NCBI RefSeq assembly: GCF_018350175.1
Contig: NC_058368.1
Coordinates: 173,664,001-173,728,000, forward strand
Reading direction: 5' to 3'
Length of the DNA stretch: 64,000 bases
DNA from: Felis catus
Lineage: Eukaryota
The notes below the pieces were generated by a model. That model did no database searches. It saw only the letters and a list, made by a program, of their open reading frames with translations, and had not been told where the DNA came from. The position numbers were made by a program, and so were the translations under genes. Below, piece after piece: positions 63,560 to 64,000 of the stretch (position 1 is its first letter; every line of letters starts with the position of its first letter).

Positions 63560-64000
63560 CAAGGCTTAGTGGGGAATGCTCTGGACTTGCAGGAAGGATG
63601 CAAGAGGCGGTGGGACGTAGGGTCTACCTCTCCAAGCCTCCTTTTCCTCCTCTAGTAGAGCGGGACTCTCATAACAATGGGATTCATAATATCTGCCCAG
63701 TTTAGGCGAAGAATCCGCAGAATGACTCAGGAGGAAGGTCTGCGCAGCCACTACCCACCCGCCCCCCGCCCCGGTGCTCCCCAGGCGGGGGTTGCCTGCC
63801 TGAGATGGATAAATAGGTCTTTCTCAGACCAGTTCGTACTGAAGAACATTTAAGGGGCCAGGTCCCTAAGTAGGGGCCCAGCCAGGCGATGCAAACTCTG
63901 GCGGTCGGAGCTGTTCATACCCCGGCCGCTTTGCCCGGTCCGCTTGCCTCTAGACCGGCCGGGCGCTATGCCTCGTCTTGGTGTCTCCGCAAAGAGCAAT
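63560..64000. promoter_or_regulatory. Start of a second CpG-rich promoter-like region; possibly the upstream part of the CLTB promoter
   Basis: CpG density rises to the window end, with GC boxes in CCCGCCCCCCGCCCC near 63758-63772. The gene identity is only inferred from recalled head-to-head CLTB-FAF2 synteny in human; no coding exon is visible. Confidence 0.55.

Noticed and set aside
1..64000. Novel multi-gene system, CRISPR-like array, tRNA or other RNA genes
   Set aside because: The recurring ~200-bp units are dispersed CAN-SINEs with A-tails and TSDs, not regularly spaced repeats. Their tRNA-like heads are SINE-derived. I recognised no structured RNA gene.

Overview
This is mammalian genomic DNA, almost certainly from a felid, judged from the dense CAN-SINEs of the SINEC_Fc type and the cat-type L1 3' ends. 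The only protein-coding sequence I can support is coding exon 1 of FAF2 (UBXD8), MAAPEERDLTQEQTEKLLQFQ, on the minus strand at 45796-45858. It lies in a CpG-island promoter. Positions 1-45795 are therefore read as FAF2 intron 1, and I could not find exon 2. Positions ~46300-63550 are upstream intergenic DNA. A second GC/CpG-rich region begins at the right edge; from recalled human synteny it may be the CLTB promoter. Almost all other listed ORFs are translations of SINEs, L1s or microsatellites. I find no evidence of a new multi-gene system, CRISPR array or RNA gene. The interesting signals are retrotransposition and repair relics visible directly in the sequence. These include an orphan polyadenylated retro-insert with TSDs (30258-30590) and a ~40-nt L1 stub with a putative 3' transduction inside a SINE tail (59951-60045). 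There is also an inverted copy of local flanking DNA embedded in an L1 (54141-54312), a twin-primed L1 with nested elements, reused SINE target sites, and a diverged duplication at the edge of the right-hand CpG region. Repeat family names come from recognition by eye, not from a database search.
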